In this document: piece after piece, positions 47,061 through 57,000 of the stretch
How the letters are laid out: each line of letters opens with the position of its first letter
How positions within the stretch are numbered: position 1 is the first letter of the stretch
DNA from: Candidatus Saccharimonadales bacterium
GTDB taxonomy: Bacteria; Patescibacteriota; Saccharimonadia; QS-5-54-17
Length of the DNA: 64,000 bases
Direction of reading: 5' to 3'
Assembly: GCA_040903985.1 (NCBI GenBank)
Contig: JBBDUI010000002.1
Coordinates: forward strand, 262,038-326,037
Translations under genes and position numbers: made by a program
Notes under the pieces: generated by a model
Databases searched by the model: none
What the model was told of the DNA's origin: nothing
What the model saw: only the letters and a program-made list of their open reading frames with translations

Positions 47061-48692
47061 CTATCTAACAAACTCGAGATAGTCGACCTCTAAGCAGCCG
47101 TACCCGGAGTAGTTAACTACGTAGTACAGATTGAATTGCGAACTGCCACTAACATTGAAGGTATAGGTGTTGTAACTAGTGCTAGATACTATATGGGTAG
47201 TGCCCACATAGTTACTGCCACCGTTGATGTTTATACGCATCCTGGGGCTACCTGAAGTACTACAGCGTCTTGCCCGCACCTCGATACTAGAGTAGTTATC
47301 CTGGGGCGTGAGGTACATCCCGACCCAAGAGTGCGACGGATTCATACGCTGGGCTTGACCGCCAGAAGCACTACCGTTGTTAACTACTACGGCACCCGAG
47401 TTGACATTAAAAGTTTCAGCCTCATAAATCTCCTCATCCGGCTCAGGCGGATCATCCTGAGGCAAATCAGGTAGAGTTGGTTCTTGGCCTTGATCGACAT
47501 TACCTGCCACTAAACAGTTACCCAGAGTATAGCCCGTGCCCGGTGCACTAGGTTCATCAACCTGCTGCACGCCGACCTTACAGACCGGCAGGACTGGATC
47601 GCCGGAGTAGAGTACGTAATCGAAAATACCCAGGATACGGCCGTTGCGCTCTTTCCGGGCCACGATACGCCGCCGGATATCTCCGGACTGACCCACTACA
47701 TCGATCAGCACGGTACTTCCAGGGATATACAGCGGCGGCTGAGTGCTGCCAGGCTGGTGGGAATTAAGTCGAGTATCGATCAGCTTAGTCCGGTAGCTGA
47801 CCTGGTAAGCATTTGGATTCGAATCAGAGGCTCCGGCAAAAAGTGGTCGAACCCGAAAGATGTAGCGCCGACTGGTATCGGTGGTCGTAATGTCGATACA
47901 GTTAGCGTAGAGATCCTGCTCGGTCGGGTTGGTACCGGCCACGCTAATATTTATAAACCGACCCGACTGAACATTAGAAACTTCGGAGAACACATACTTC
48001 TCCGTCTCGATGGCCCCGGCGTTGTTACTCGGATACGAAAGAACGGTTAGCTCCAGATCCGGCAGTACAGTTACATTTCCCGGGCCTTTAGGTGTCCAGC
48101 AGTACTCGATTCCCCCAAAAGCCGCATGGATCGAGCTGCCGTCACTGTCTGTACCGTCGTTACCATAGATCGTGCCGTTAATCTCCCGACGTAATTCAGT
48201 AGTATCGAGCTGAATCGACTCATCTTTTACCTGCGTACCCAGCGGCGCCAAGGGCTCTTCATACACTCGCCGTTGCCGCCAGGACAGTCGACCGAAGATA
48301 TCGGCATGGTCGGACTCCGGATCCGCCGCGATACCGAGCGAACCACCCAAGTTACTTCCTCCATCACTATCAGTTAACTGCATACGATCACCATGCTGAG
48401 AACCACCATTAGCACCGTTAGTGTACTGTTCAGGAAATATCTCGGCCAGCTCCAATTCGACACTTGTATTGGCATCCAGGCGACGGCTGGCCTCTTCGAC
48501 ACCGGCTTCGGCCGCATAGTAAGCCGCGTCTGATAGATCGACTTCACTGGCCTGTGAGAGCTCACTAATCGCTAGCCGCGAGGCCACCACCGTAGTTGTC
48601 ATGAGTAAAATAGACATGATCATTACCAGATAGAGCGCTACACTACCCTGACTATCCATCCGGTGTTGCGGCTGCAGACTACGTACTATCAT
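47061..48692 (-). CDS. PilX-like minor pilin with C-terminal carbohydrate-binding-like domain
   Basis: QGSVAL...AYYAAEAGVEEA; C-terminal YEAE...ASGG...VDYLEF. Confidence 0.75.
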   Translation of the reverse strand: MIVRSLQPQHRMDSQGSVALYLVMIMSILLMTTTVVASRLAISELSQASEVDLSDAAYYAAEAGVEEASRRLDANTSVELELAEIFPEQYTNGANGGSQHGDRMQLTDSDGGSNLGGSLGIAADPESDHADIFGRLSWRQRRVYEEPLAPLGTQVKDESIQLDTTELRREINGTIYGNDGTDSDGSSIHAAFGGIEYCWTPKGPGNVTVLPDLELTVLSYPSNNAGAIETEKYVFSEVSNVQSGRFINISVAGTNPTEQDLYANCIDITTTDTSRRYIFRVRPLFAGASDSNPNAYQVSYRTKLIDTRLNSHQPGSTQPPLYIPGSTVLIDVVGQSGDIRRRIVARKERNGRILGIFDYVLYSGDPVLPVCKVGVQQVDEPSAPGTGYTLGNCLVAGNVDQGQEPTLPDLPQDDPPEPDEEIYEAETFNVNSGAVVVNNGSASGGQAQRMNPSHSWVGMYLTPQDNYSSIEVRARRCSTSGSPRMRININGGSNYVGTTHIVSSTSYNTYTFNVSGSSQFNLYYVVNYSGYGCLEVDYLEFVR

Positions 48693-49216
48693 CGTCGCGG
48701 CACCACTGTAGTTGTCGTCTCGTACTCATAGTAGTAAGGATCCGTCTCAACTAAGCCGGCTTGGGGCTGGGCACTACGCATATACAGCCGCAAAGGACTG
48801 GTAGCGGAAGATCCGGTAGCGATAACTTCTAGCTCAAAGTCGATTACCCTAATCACACCGCTCGTTAGGTTCTCTCCGGCAGTGGCCGAAGTCGGACAAC
48901 TCACCCCGCACTGCACTCGATAAATTCCATCGTCAACTATATAAGTGTAGCGGACTTGGGCGGACGGGGTCAGAGCGTTAGGCAGTAGGATCTGTCGCCC
49001 GTTATCACTCAGTGAGTAGGTATTGGCGTTACGGACATCACGTGTGATGGTCTCCAGGGCATACCGAGTAGTTTGCTGGACGTTACGTACCGACTCTGCC
49101 TTCTCCTGCAGGCGCACAATTGAGATAAAGCCCATAGTGGCCACCATCATGGTCACCGATAAGATAGCCATACTTATCGCCACCTCAACCAGGGTGAAAC
49201 CGTGCTGATTATTCAT
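48689..49216 (-). CDS. minor pilin (PilW-like)
   Basis: GFTLVEV prepilin motif, LETITRDVRNA. Confidence 0.8.
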   Translation of the reverse strand: MNNQHGFTLVEVAISMAILSVTMMVATMGFISIVRLQEKAESVRNVQQTTRYALETITRDVRNANTYSLSDNGRQILLPNALTPSAQVRYTYIVDDGIYRVQCGVSCPTSATAGENLTSGVIRVIDFELEVIATGSSATSPLRLYMRSAQPQAGLVETDPYYYEYETTTTVVPRR

Positions 49217-49835
49217 AGGTAGCTCCTAGCGGAGTCGAGAGTACGCTGCGATAAACGAGCTCTCGCCGGGGCGGACCGGCCTCCTGCCATAACACTCTTA
49301 CTTCCACATCGTAGAGGAACTGGCTGGTCTGGTAGCCGCCCTGAGCCACTCCGTCTACCAGGTCCACGCTATACTCTTCTGTCTCGCATAGCTCGATAAC
49401 CCGCTCAAAGTTATCGAAGCCAACATAATCGCCACCGCTGGCAAAGTCACTCTGCTGATAAGCCGTTGGCTCCTGATAACTACTAGTCGGCTCCAGCCGC
49501 CAGCCGGTATCACTCTCTTCATCGCCCACCACTACAAAGGAAAAGCAACGGCTGCCGCTACCTTGAGCCGGCACGTTAGCCAGTAAATCGGTAATTAACA
49601 GCGTACTCTCACCACCCCCCCGCTCGGCTAGCCCGTCACGGTGATTTCGTAAGGTCTCCAGCTCACGCATTGCTAAGGCTGTCGCCTGAGTCCGCCTACC
49701 AGACTCAGTAGTTAATCGTGTAGTGCTGGTAGCTAAAGCGCCGGAGGCAGCCATGGCGATAGCTAGCAGCGCGATAGCGATTACCACCTCAATTAAGGTT
49801 AAGCCGGTTTGATCTTTAGTTAATCTAAGCTGCAT
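49209..49835 (-). CDS. minor pilin (PilV-like)
   Basis: GLTLIEV motif, ATALAMRELETLR, VEVRVLW. Confidence 0.8.
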   Translation of the reverse strand: MQLRLTKDQTGLTLIEVVIAIALLAIAMAASGALATSTTRLTTESGRRTQATALAMRELETLRNHRDGLAERGGGESTLLITDLLANVPAQGSGSRCFSFVVVGDEESDTGWRLEPTSSYQEPTAYQQSDFASGGDYVGFDNFERVIELCETEEYSVDLVDGVAQGGYQTSQFLYDVEVRVLWQEAGPPRRELVYRSVLSTPLGATYE

Positions 49836-49838
49836 CTA

Positions 49839-50534
49839 TTACTGTACCCTCGTATCAATACTACCGTTTTTCGGATCATAGGTCACATAACCTACCAGGC
49901 TGGTCGCCTCATCTTCTAGCACAAAAGTGACCGGTACCTCTTGATCATAGGCGCGTACATTAGGGTCATAGGCGTTAGGATTACCGGGACTGGCATTTAC
50001 ATAGTGTTGATCGGCGGTGTATGCACGACCATCCGGAGCCAGCAGAGCTAGCGATAACTCGCCGTGAGTAGACGCACACATAGCACCGACGTTTGATGAT
50101 AAGTCCGCTAGGTTACAGTTACTGCCGATACCGCTGAGATTCAAGCCGATATCAGTTAGGCGGTATTCCTGCCGGATCTGTTTTCCGGTCAGACCCAAGC
50201 GCTGATCGATATTATTGCTAAAACGTGAGATATCTTGCCCTAACAGTAAGTACTGCCGGTAGAGATCACCGCCGACACTATACTCGAGCACGTTGCCTCG
50301 CCAGTAGCAGTCAGCTCCTTCCGCGCAGCTACCGACCTGCGATGAGTAAGCGTTTACCTCAGCCTCTGTAATGGCGTTGGCAAACTCGTTGACGTTACCA
50401 CTGAAGCGCTCGATAGCTATATTGCTAGTACCGGAACCAACTAAAGTCATGGTAAAAATACCGATGATTGCTAGCACCACCACTATTTCGATTAAGGTGT
50501 AGCCGTCTGAGTTGAATAGTCGGTTTTTTTTCAT
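49839..50534 (-). CDS. minor pilin (FimU/GspH-like)
   Basis: GYTLIEI motif; start at ATG 50534. Confidence 0.78.
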   Translation of the reverse strand: MKKNRLFNSDGYTLIEIVVVLAIIGIFTMTLVGSGTSNIAIERFSGNVNEFANAITEAEVNAYSSQVGSCAEGADCYWRGNVLEYSVGGDLYRQYLLLGQDISRFSNNIDQRLGLTGKQIRQEYRLTDIGLNLSGIGSNCNLADLSSNVGAMCASTHGELSLALLAPDGRAYTADQHYVNASPGNPNAYDPNVRAYDQEVPVTFVLEDEATSLVGYVTYDPKNGSIDTRVQ

Positions 50535-50619
50535 GTTTCCGGTCTGGGTTATGTTTACGCTTATAGTAACATACACTGGTCATATCTGACTCCTGTATGT
50601 TGCGCCGCGGTGTAACGAT

Positions 50620-51051
50620 TTACTGGTTGCGAATATCTACTTCGCCGCCGACTTCCAAGCAGACACCTAGATCGTAGCTGCGACCGCCGTCCGAGCGGGA
50701 ATAGGTTATCTGATAGGTATCACCATCCTCAGTACTACAAGCATCGGCATCAAAGGCTCCAATTCGCGTGTACTTAAACCCGCCGACATCACCTTCAAGT
50801 TCCGGCAAATAGTCATCGATCTCGTCAATAACAGCGGTATTAGCTGGGTACTCGCCGCCGTTATTTGCAGAATATGACTCAAGGGCGGCGGCAATCTGGC
50901 TAGCCTCTTGGCGCCGCGTGCTGTCCCGCTGATTACGCTGAGCGGAGGAAATGGCGTTTAAGACTACTAGAATAATTAAAGCACCGATGGCTAGAACGAT
51001 AACTACTTCGATTAGGGTAAATCCGCGACTGTTTTTGGCTTTTTCTAGCAC
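50620..51051 (-). CDS. probable major type IV pilin
   Basis: GFTLIEVVIVLAI...RDSTRR...YP; AGGA SD; C-terminal Cys pair. Confidence 0.85.
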   Translation of the reverse strand: MLEKAKNSRGFTLIEVVIVLAIGALIILVVLNAISSAQRNQRDSTRRQEASQIAAALESYSANNGGEYPANTAVIDEIDDYLPELEGDVGGFKYTRIGAFDADACSTEDGDTYQITYSRSDGGRSYDLGVCLEVGGEVDIRNQ

Positions 51052-51134
51052 GCTGTCCTCCTTAGGTAACCGACTGCTATCTGGTTATGCTTTATTGTAC
51101 TAAAGATATGTAGTTGTAGTCAATTATTCTACAA

Positions 51135-52355
51135 CTACCGTATATTTGAGACGAGATTATAGATCGGCAGTAGTACGGCCGCTACTAAGAAAGCTACGAT
51201 TCCACCTAGAACCACCATCGTGATCGGCTCGATTAGTGAGGATATATTTTCCATCGCCTCATCAACCTCGGACTCAAAGTAGCTAGCTACTCGGTTCATA
51301 CTATCGCCCACGCTACCGGTCTCTTCGCCGACCTCAATCATCTGACCTACTAACGGTAGAAACAGCGGGTTATTCTGAATCGGCTTCGAGATGGCGTCAC
51401 CGGACTTAACCCGCTCGGAGATCTCCTTAATAGCTCGCTCCAGATGGACGTTATTAATAGCTCGCGAGGTGATCTTTAAGGCCTGTAGCACCGACACCCC
51501 GCTGTTAATCAGTGAGGCCATCGTTCGGGTGAACCGCGCCATGTAGACCTTTTTGACGATGATGCTGACGGCCGGAATGTGCAATTTCAAACTATCGAAC
51601 GCGTCCCGACCCCTATCACTTTTAATGTAGGCTCGGCTGCCGTAAATCGCTAAAGCCAGCGCCGCGAGTACTACATAGAAGTATCCTTTAAAGAAATCAG
51701 AGATGGTGATTAGGATGTTGGTCAAACTCGGCAGTGGCTGGTTCAGCTCGACATACATGTTAGCTACCTGGGGAATCACCATGGTAATCATTAGACCAGT
51801 TACAGCCAACAGCACGATCAGTACCACAACCGGATAAGTTAGAGCACTACGCACCTTCGAACGAATCGCCTGATCCTTCTCCTCCTGATCTGCCAGGCGC
51901 AGTAAGGTCTCATCTAGATTACCGCTCATCTCCCCGGCCTCGACCATACTGATATAGATCATGTTAAAGACTTCCGGATACTGCGCCAACGAATTAGCTA
52001 GAGTTCCACCGCCCTGAATGTTGTTGCTCACCCCCTGCATGATCTTGCTCAGTTTCTGATTATCGATCTGCTGTACCAGGATCTGAAGCGCTTTAGCCAA
52101 TGGCAGACCGGCCCGGACCAGGGTCGCCAACTGACGGGTCAATATCACTCTATCCTTGGCCTTAATGCGACGTACATCCTGTACGTAGCGACGAAGCTTC
52201 TCCCCAAAATCCGACTCATCCAGCGGCTTAACCTCTACCGGGAACAAGTTCTTACTAACTAGTAGTTTAGCCGCTTCAGACGGGCTAGTAGCCTCTACTC
52301 GGGCCTTAACGACCTTGCCGTTAGTATCCTTGGCGATATAGGTATATTCCTGCAT
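51135..52355 (-). CDS. pilC: type IV pilus platform protein PilC (T2SSF)
   Basis: RQLATLVRAGLPL, GEMSGNL, ALTYP, GEETG, IEP. Confidence 0.95.
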   Translation of the reverse strand: MQEYTYIAKDTNGKVVKARVEATSPSEAAKLLVSKNLFPVEVKPLDESDFGEKLRRYVQDVRRIKAKDRVILTRQLATLVRAGLPLAKALQILVQQIDNQKLSKIMQGVSNNIQGGGTLANSLAQYPEVFNMIYISMVEAGEMSGNLDETLLRLADQEEKDQAIRSKVRSALTYPVVVLIVLLAVTGLMITMVIPQVANMYVELNQPLPSLTNILITISDFFKGYFYVVLAALALAIYGSRAYIKSDRGRDAFDSLKLHIPAVSIIVKKVYMARFTRTMASLINSGVSVLQALKITSRAINNVHLERAIKEISERVKSGDAISKPIQNNPLFLPLVGQMIEVGEETGSVGDSMNRVASYFESEVDEAMENISSLIEPITMVVLGGIVAFLVAAVLLPIYNLVSNIR

Positions 52356-52358
52356 ACG

Positions 52359-52616
52359 CTAAAACGAGAAGGGGTTAGATTTACCGGTATCGGTTTCCAG
52401 ATTAGGCCGGTTGTCATTAGCCTGCTCGACCGCATTTAGCCCGTCGAGGTTAAAGTCGGTACTAAACTCTGTACTGCGCGGGGTGATGGGACCTGGCTCG
52501 GTACTGGAGGAAGATAGGGCAAAGTAGGCTACCGCTATAAGAGCGATCACTACTAAGACTGCTACCTCATTCACAGTACGGCGCTGTTCCCGAGTTAGTT
52601 TATCTAGGACTTTCAT
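52359..52616 (-). CDS. small pilus-associated membrane protein (PilP-like position)
   Basis: TM plus C-terminal GKSNPF. Confidence 0.6.
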   Translation of the reverse strand: MKVLDKLTREQRRTVNEVAVLVVIALIAVAYFALSSSSTEPGPITPRSTEFSTDFNLDGLNAVEQANDNRPNLETDTGKSNPFSF

Positions 52617-53260
52617 TCTTGACCTCCTAGCTCATCCGCATCATCCGGTGAGATATTCTGGTAGTAGGCATCTAGGGTTAACGTCAGATTAAGTGCACTA
52701 TCGGCAATAACATCACCGGAACTGCCCGAAGCGCTAAAACTACGTACCTCGATGAAACGAGAACTACTCTCAAGTTGATCCAAGAAACTAGTGATGGCTT
52801 CGTATGAGCCAGTCAGGTTCACCGTGGCACTATAGTTAGTGTAAGTACCGGTCTCATCCTGGCTGGCTACACTACCGCTTCCGGCTATCGTCTCTGGGCG
52901 GAAATTACTTAGTAGAACGTTGTTATCTTGCGCCAGGCTACCGAGCAAAGCGATCAGGTACTGCTCTTCATTCTCTTCCGGTAGCAGGCTTAAGATTTCG
53001 TCACGCTGATCGAGCACGGAATCATAGTTCTCGCGTAGCCGTTGTGTATCGTCGATTAGTTTCTGTAGATTATCATTCTGCTCTAGGATCTGCGCTCGCT
53101 CGGTTCGGGTAGCCTGAAGGTTTGTATAAGCCGGACGGATCAAAAGATAACCAACTAAAGCCGCCACGACAAGGCCACCCAGCAGATACAAACCAAGTAA
53201 GTTATTGAGACTCATATCGTTGAGCTTCTGCTTCATGTTCTGAATCGAATTATTCATCAT
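52613..53260 (-). CDS. pilO: PilO-like protein
   Basis: TM, coiled coil, GSYEAITSFLDQLESSSRFIEV; start at MMNNS. Confidence 0.8.
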   Translation of the reverse strand: MMNNSIQNMKQKLNDMSLNNLLGLYLLGGLVVAALVGYLLIRPAYTNLQATRTERAQILEQNDNLQKLIDDTQRLRENYDSVLDQRDEILSLLPEENEEQYLIALLGSLAQDNNVLLSNFRPETIAGSGSVASQDETGTYTNYSATVNLTGSYEAITSFLDQLESSSRFIEVRSFSASGSSGDVIADSALNLTLTLDAYYQNISPDDADELGGQE

Positions 53261-53939
53261 TCTCTCCCGGTGCGGCGGGTTCGGCTGCACCACTATCTTG
53301 CGCCGGAGTCGACCCCTCTGTTTCCGCAGCATCATCCTCCGGCACTTCTTCCTCCTCAGCCACCGGCCGTAACGGCACATAGCCGGCCTGAAGCTCGAAA
53401 TTAACTGCCCCGGCATCAGCTAGAGAAGCACCGAAGAGGGCTACATCACGAAAGTAGCCGAGAGTATCACGGTTAGTCTCAGCCCGAACGGCAGAATTCT
53501 TCATTGCCTGCTCGAACTCTCCGACCGCTTGGTACGATCGGGCCGTACCACTGATACTAATCGCTCCGTCACGGCCATAGATTAAATCTCGTACTCTCAC
53601 ATTGGCCGTCGAGGTATCAGCTAGTACTTGCAGGAACTGACCGGCCGATTGTCGATCGACAAAGAGCTGGGCTAAAGCCTCCAGACTGGACTGAACTGCT
53701 AACGCTTCTTCTCTAAAAGCTACACTCTCTTCCGAATTAGCGATACTCTCCAAGCGCTGCTGCTCATCGACCGCATTATTGCGCATCACTACCTGCACTC
53801 GAGCGACCGCAAAAACCCCCAGCCATATTGCTAAGAATAGTCCTAGCCAAGCTAAAACAGATAGATTAGCGATATGTCGGATGCGCGCCTGTCGTCGTCG
53901 TTCTAGAACTACGTCAGGAAGTAAGTTTATTTTTACCAT
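53250..53939 (-). CDS. pilN: PilN-like protein
   Basis: N-terminal KINLLP motif, TM, ISISGTA. Confidence 0.85.
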   Translation of the reverse strand: MVKINLLPDVVLERRRQARIRHIANLSVLAWLGLFLAIWLGVFAVARVQVVMRNNAVDEQQRLESIANSEESVAFREEALAVQSSLEALAQLFVDRQSAGQFLQVLADTSTANVRVRDLIYGRDGAISISGTARSYQAVGEFEQAMKNSAVRAETNRDTLGYFRDVALFGASLADAGAVNFELQAGYVPLRPVAEEEEVPEDDAAETEGSTPAQDSGAAEPAAPGENDE

Positions 53940-54007
53940 TATATATATTGACCCATTTGGTTGTTTTCAGTGTACCTTATACTACTTATGCTTCACAAGT
54001 ACCGACC

Positions 54008-57000
54008 CTAGTTGCGCGGTACGGTGTCGTTCCATACGGCATCAGCAGTAAAGATACGGCTGAATCCAGGTGGCGGATTGACCACGACCCGACCGTCGTA
54101 GAAGAACTGCTCTGCTCCATTGCCGAGTCGATTACTGGCACCACTTGGTTGACGGGCGAGAATGAAGTTATTGGCAATTACTAAGCCGTTAATACTAAGG
54201 GGAGAGTCATCTAGTATGCGGTTGCTGTTCCCGACCGGCTGAGCGCAGCTGCGGTTACTAGTATCAGTTAAGAGAAGGCTGCCGGAGTTGAAACAGCCGT
54301 TAGCGAAGTAACTGCCGGAGATACTGGTAACGTTTGGACTGATGTAGATATTACCGGTAACGATAAAGCCGGCTGAAGGCAAGATATCCCGATCATTCAC
54401 CAGAGCGGTGTTATAACTTACATTGTCGGTGATATACAGATCACCATCGACAATAATAGTTCCTGCACCCCCGGTAAAAGTATGGCTGCTCAGGTTGAGA
54501 TCACCGTCACAATAGAATACGTTGTCACTCTTCTGCGCACTAGCTCGCTCTAGGTTATTGGGAATGCTACAGGTGTCTGCAGCTGTGTTAACCAGCGCCT
54601 GATAGTCTTGAAATACGTAGTTAACTGGGTCTTCCCCGTCCGGATAGAAGGCGCCGACTCGGTCGCGGTTCGGGTTTATATTGTAGTCTTCAAAACTCCG
54701 GCTCTGATTACGGAAATTAATGATCTGACTATTAGAGAACAGGAAGGCCGAATTTGCTTGCGAGTCTTGGAAGTAGCTATGTAGGTTTCCCCCAGAGAAT
54801 ACGTCAGCCGCGCTGACATCCACGATCGGATTATAAATAGTGGCTAAACCGCGGCCAGCTAGAGTGGCCCGGGTCGGGTCGGTACCATACAGACGTTCAT
54901 CCCCAGTACCGCTGCGGTAGCGCGGACCGAGCTTACGCTCACGATTAGTATAGGTCTGCTCATAACGCACTCGCTGTAAGTTAGAGGCCCAACTCCAGCC
55001 GACGTCTACGAGTCCGTCGCTGTTACCATCATAGGTAGCGGCATTACCGTATTTACCATAAACATGACCATTGATTGCACTTGAAGAGGTATCTTCATAT
55101 ATCCGCTTTGCACTGGGGTAGTAAGAGGCCACACTAACGGTTGTCGTAAAGGTTGTGTGGCTCCCATTGGGGTACCGGGTGATACAGGATGAGCCAGTCT
55201 TGTACCAATCGTCCCTAAAGCTGGGCGTAATACTCTGGCTGAAGATGTGACGGTTATTGTAGGCCGGATCGCTAGTATTGTAGATCCAGCGGTTGAAATG
55301 TGACGGCTTTTGACTAGAGGCAGAGTTACTCATATTAGTAACCCCACTATCTTGCCAGAAGTTCGTCACCCCTACCCGCCCCCAAGTTGGCGTAGTACTG
55401 TAGCTACTATAGAAAGCGCTCGAAGCGTTCCCTCCATTCCCACCGTAGGGCATCTGCTGTGTAGTAGTCTGAGTATTGCGCCAACCATAGCGACTTTGGG
55501 TAGAGTCATTATAGTAGTTCAAACTATTATTACGGTAGGCCACACTGGTATTACCAACACAGTAAGTCGAGGTCGAGGTATAGCTAGTACCGGTTCGGAA
55601 GCAGTTCCACGAACCAGTGTGATGATTGTTAGGGTTAGACCCTATACTACTGTAGCTATGAGTATGCGATGAACCGGTATTACTATGTACGCAGCGCCAA
55701 TGATACGCTGTAACCTGTCTTGAACCATAGTTAGTGAGTTGGATTCGATTAACACTGGTGCTTGTGGTACCCCCGCGGGGACCCCTATCCACTCCGGTAG
55801 CCCGACGGGCCTGATTGGTGTACCAGTGCCCTTTATCGTCCACCTGACTCCAGTCGACATACTCATCCCACTGCAGGTCAACCCGATCGATACTATCAAG
55901 TGAGGCGGTATAGGTCAGCGGTTCGTTAGGATTGTCATACGGTGGATTTGAGTTATCCTGTCCGTCCTGCAGGAGTGATACGGCTGTACCGCTCGCATAA
56001 ATGCGATCGGCTGCCGTGTAGTCGGTACCGATATTTTGTGGGTCGTAAACAAAGTTTCCCACTCCGCCCGAACTCGTAACATTAGGGAAGGTTTGATTCG
56101 GACTGGTTTCGGTCACGTTAAGCAAGCCGGTACTGGGCTCGCGGATGTTATCCCAGGCTGGACCACTGTCTGGTCCTTGGCTCTGACGTGGTAAGGTCGA
56201 CTGGCTATTGTCGGTAGGAAATAACAGCGGCTGCTGCAGTAAGTCTCGGTCTATCGGGCCCTGCAAACCGCCTTCAGCTAAAAGTCCACTCATCCCGCGT
56301 CCTTCAATGTGGATATTCGACATCTCGATATTATTAATTCGATTACCCTGAAAGCCACCGACATTACTGTTCAGTCCTGAGGCCACTCCGCCACAATAAC
56401 GGTTATAGCTAGTGGTGTAGTTGCCGCAGCTAGTGACCTGGGAGCTGCTCTGAGAGCCCAGACTTTCGTCACGAATACTACGCCAATTATTCCCTCCCGG
56501 GGTAGTTGAGCCGTCCTTAGTATTAGTAGTCGCGACTCCAGTTCCGTCCGACTGCGGGACGTAGGCGGCCGGCACGCGCTTACGACAGAGTCCGGCTTCT
56601 GGCGTCGGACAGTTTGCCTCAGCAGCTAAGTTAAAACTAGTCCAGGTCTGCGGGTGGGCATTAGAAGATTGATCCCCGATTCCCATACTGTCTCCACGAT
56701 CATCACCATAAATGCCCGCTAGCCATAGGTTAGTATTGTTATCATCTCCCCGATCTAAGATACCAGCATTGGGCCAAAGATAGGCCAGCACATTAATCTG
56801 AAACTGTTCATTATCCCGCACGTAAGCCTGGGGGATGTCGACTGTAGTCGCTCCATATATCCGGTGGTCGGCCGCTTCCGGCAGCGCAGCTAAACGTTCA
56901 AAGTGCCACCACACACTCACGTAGTGCTCAACAGAATCGTTGGGAACGTTTATAGTAATCGAATTCTGCTGCAAATGACCGGCGGCATTATGATAGGCCA

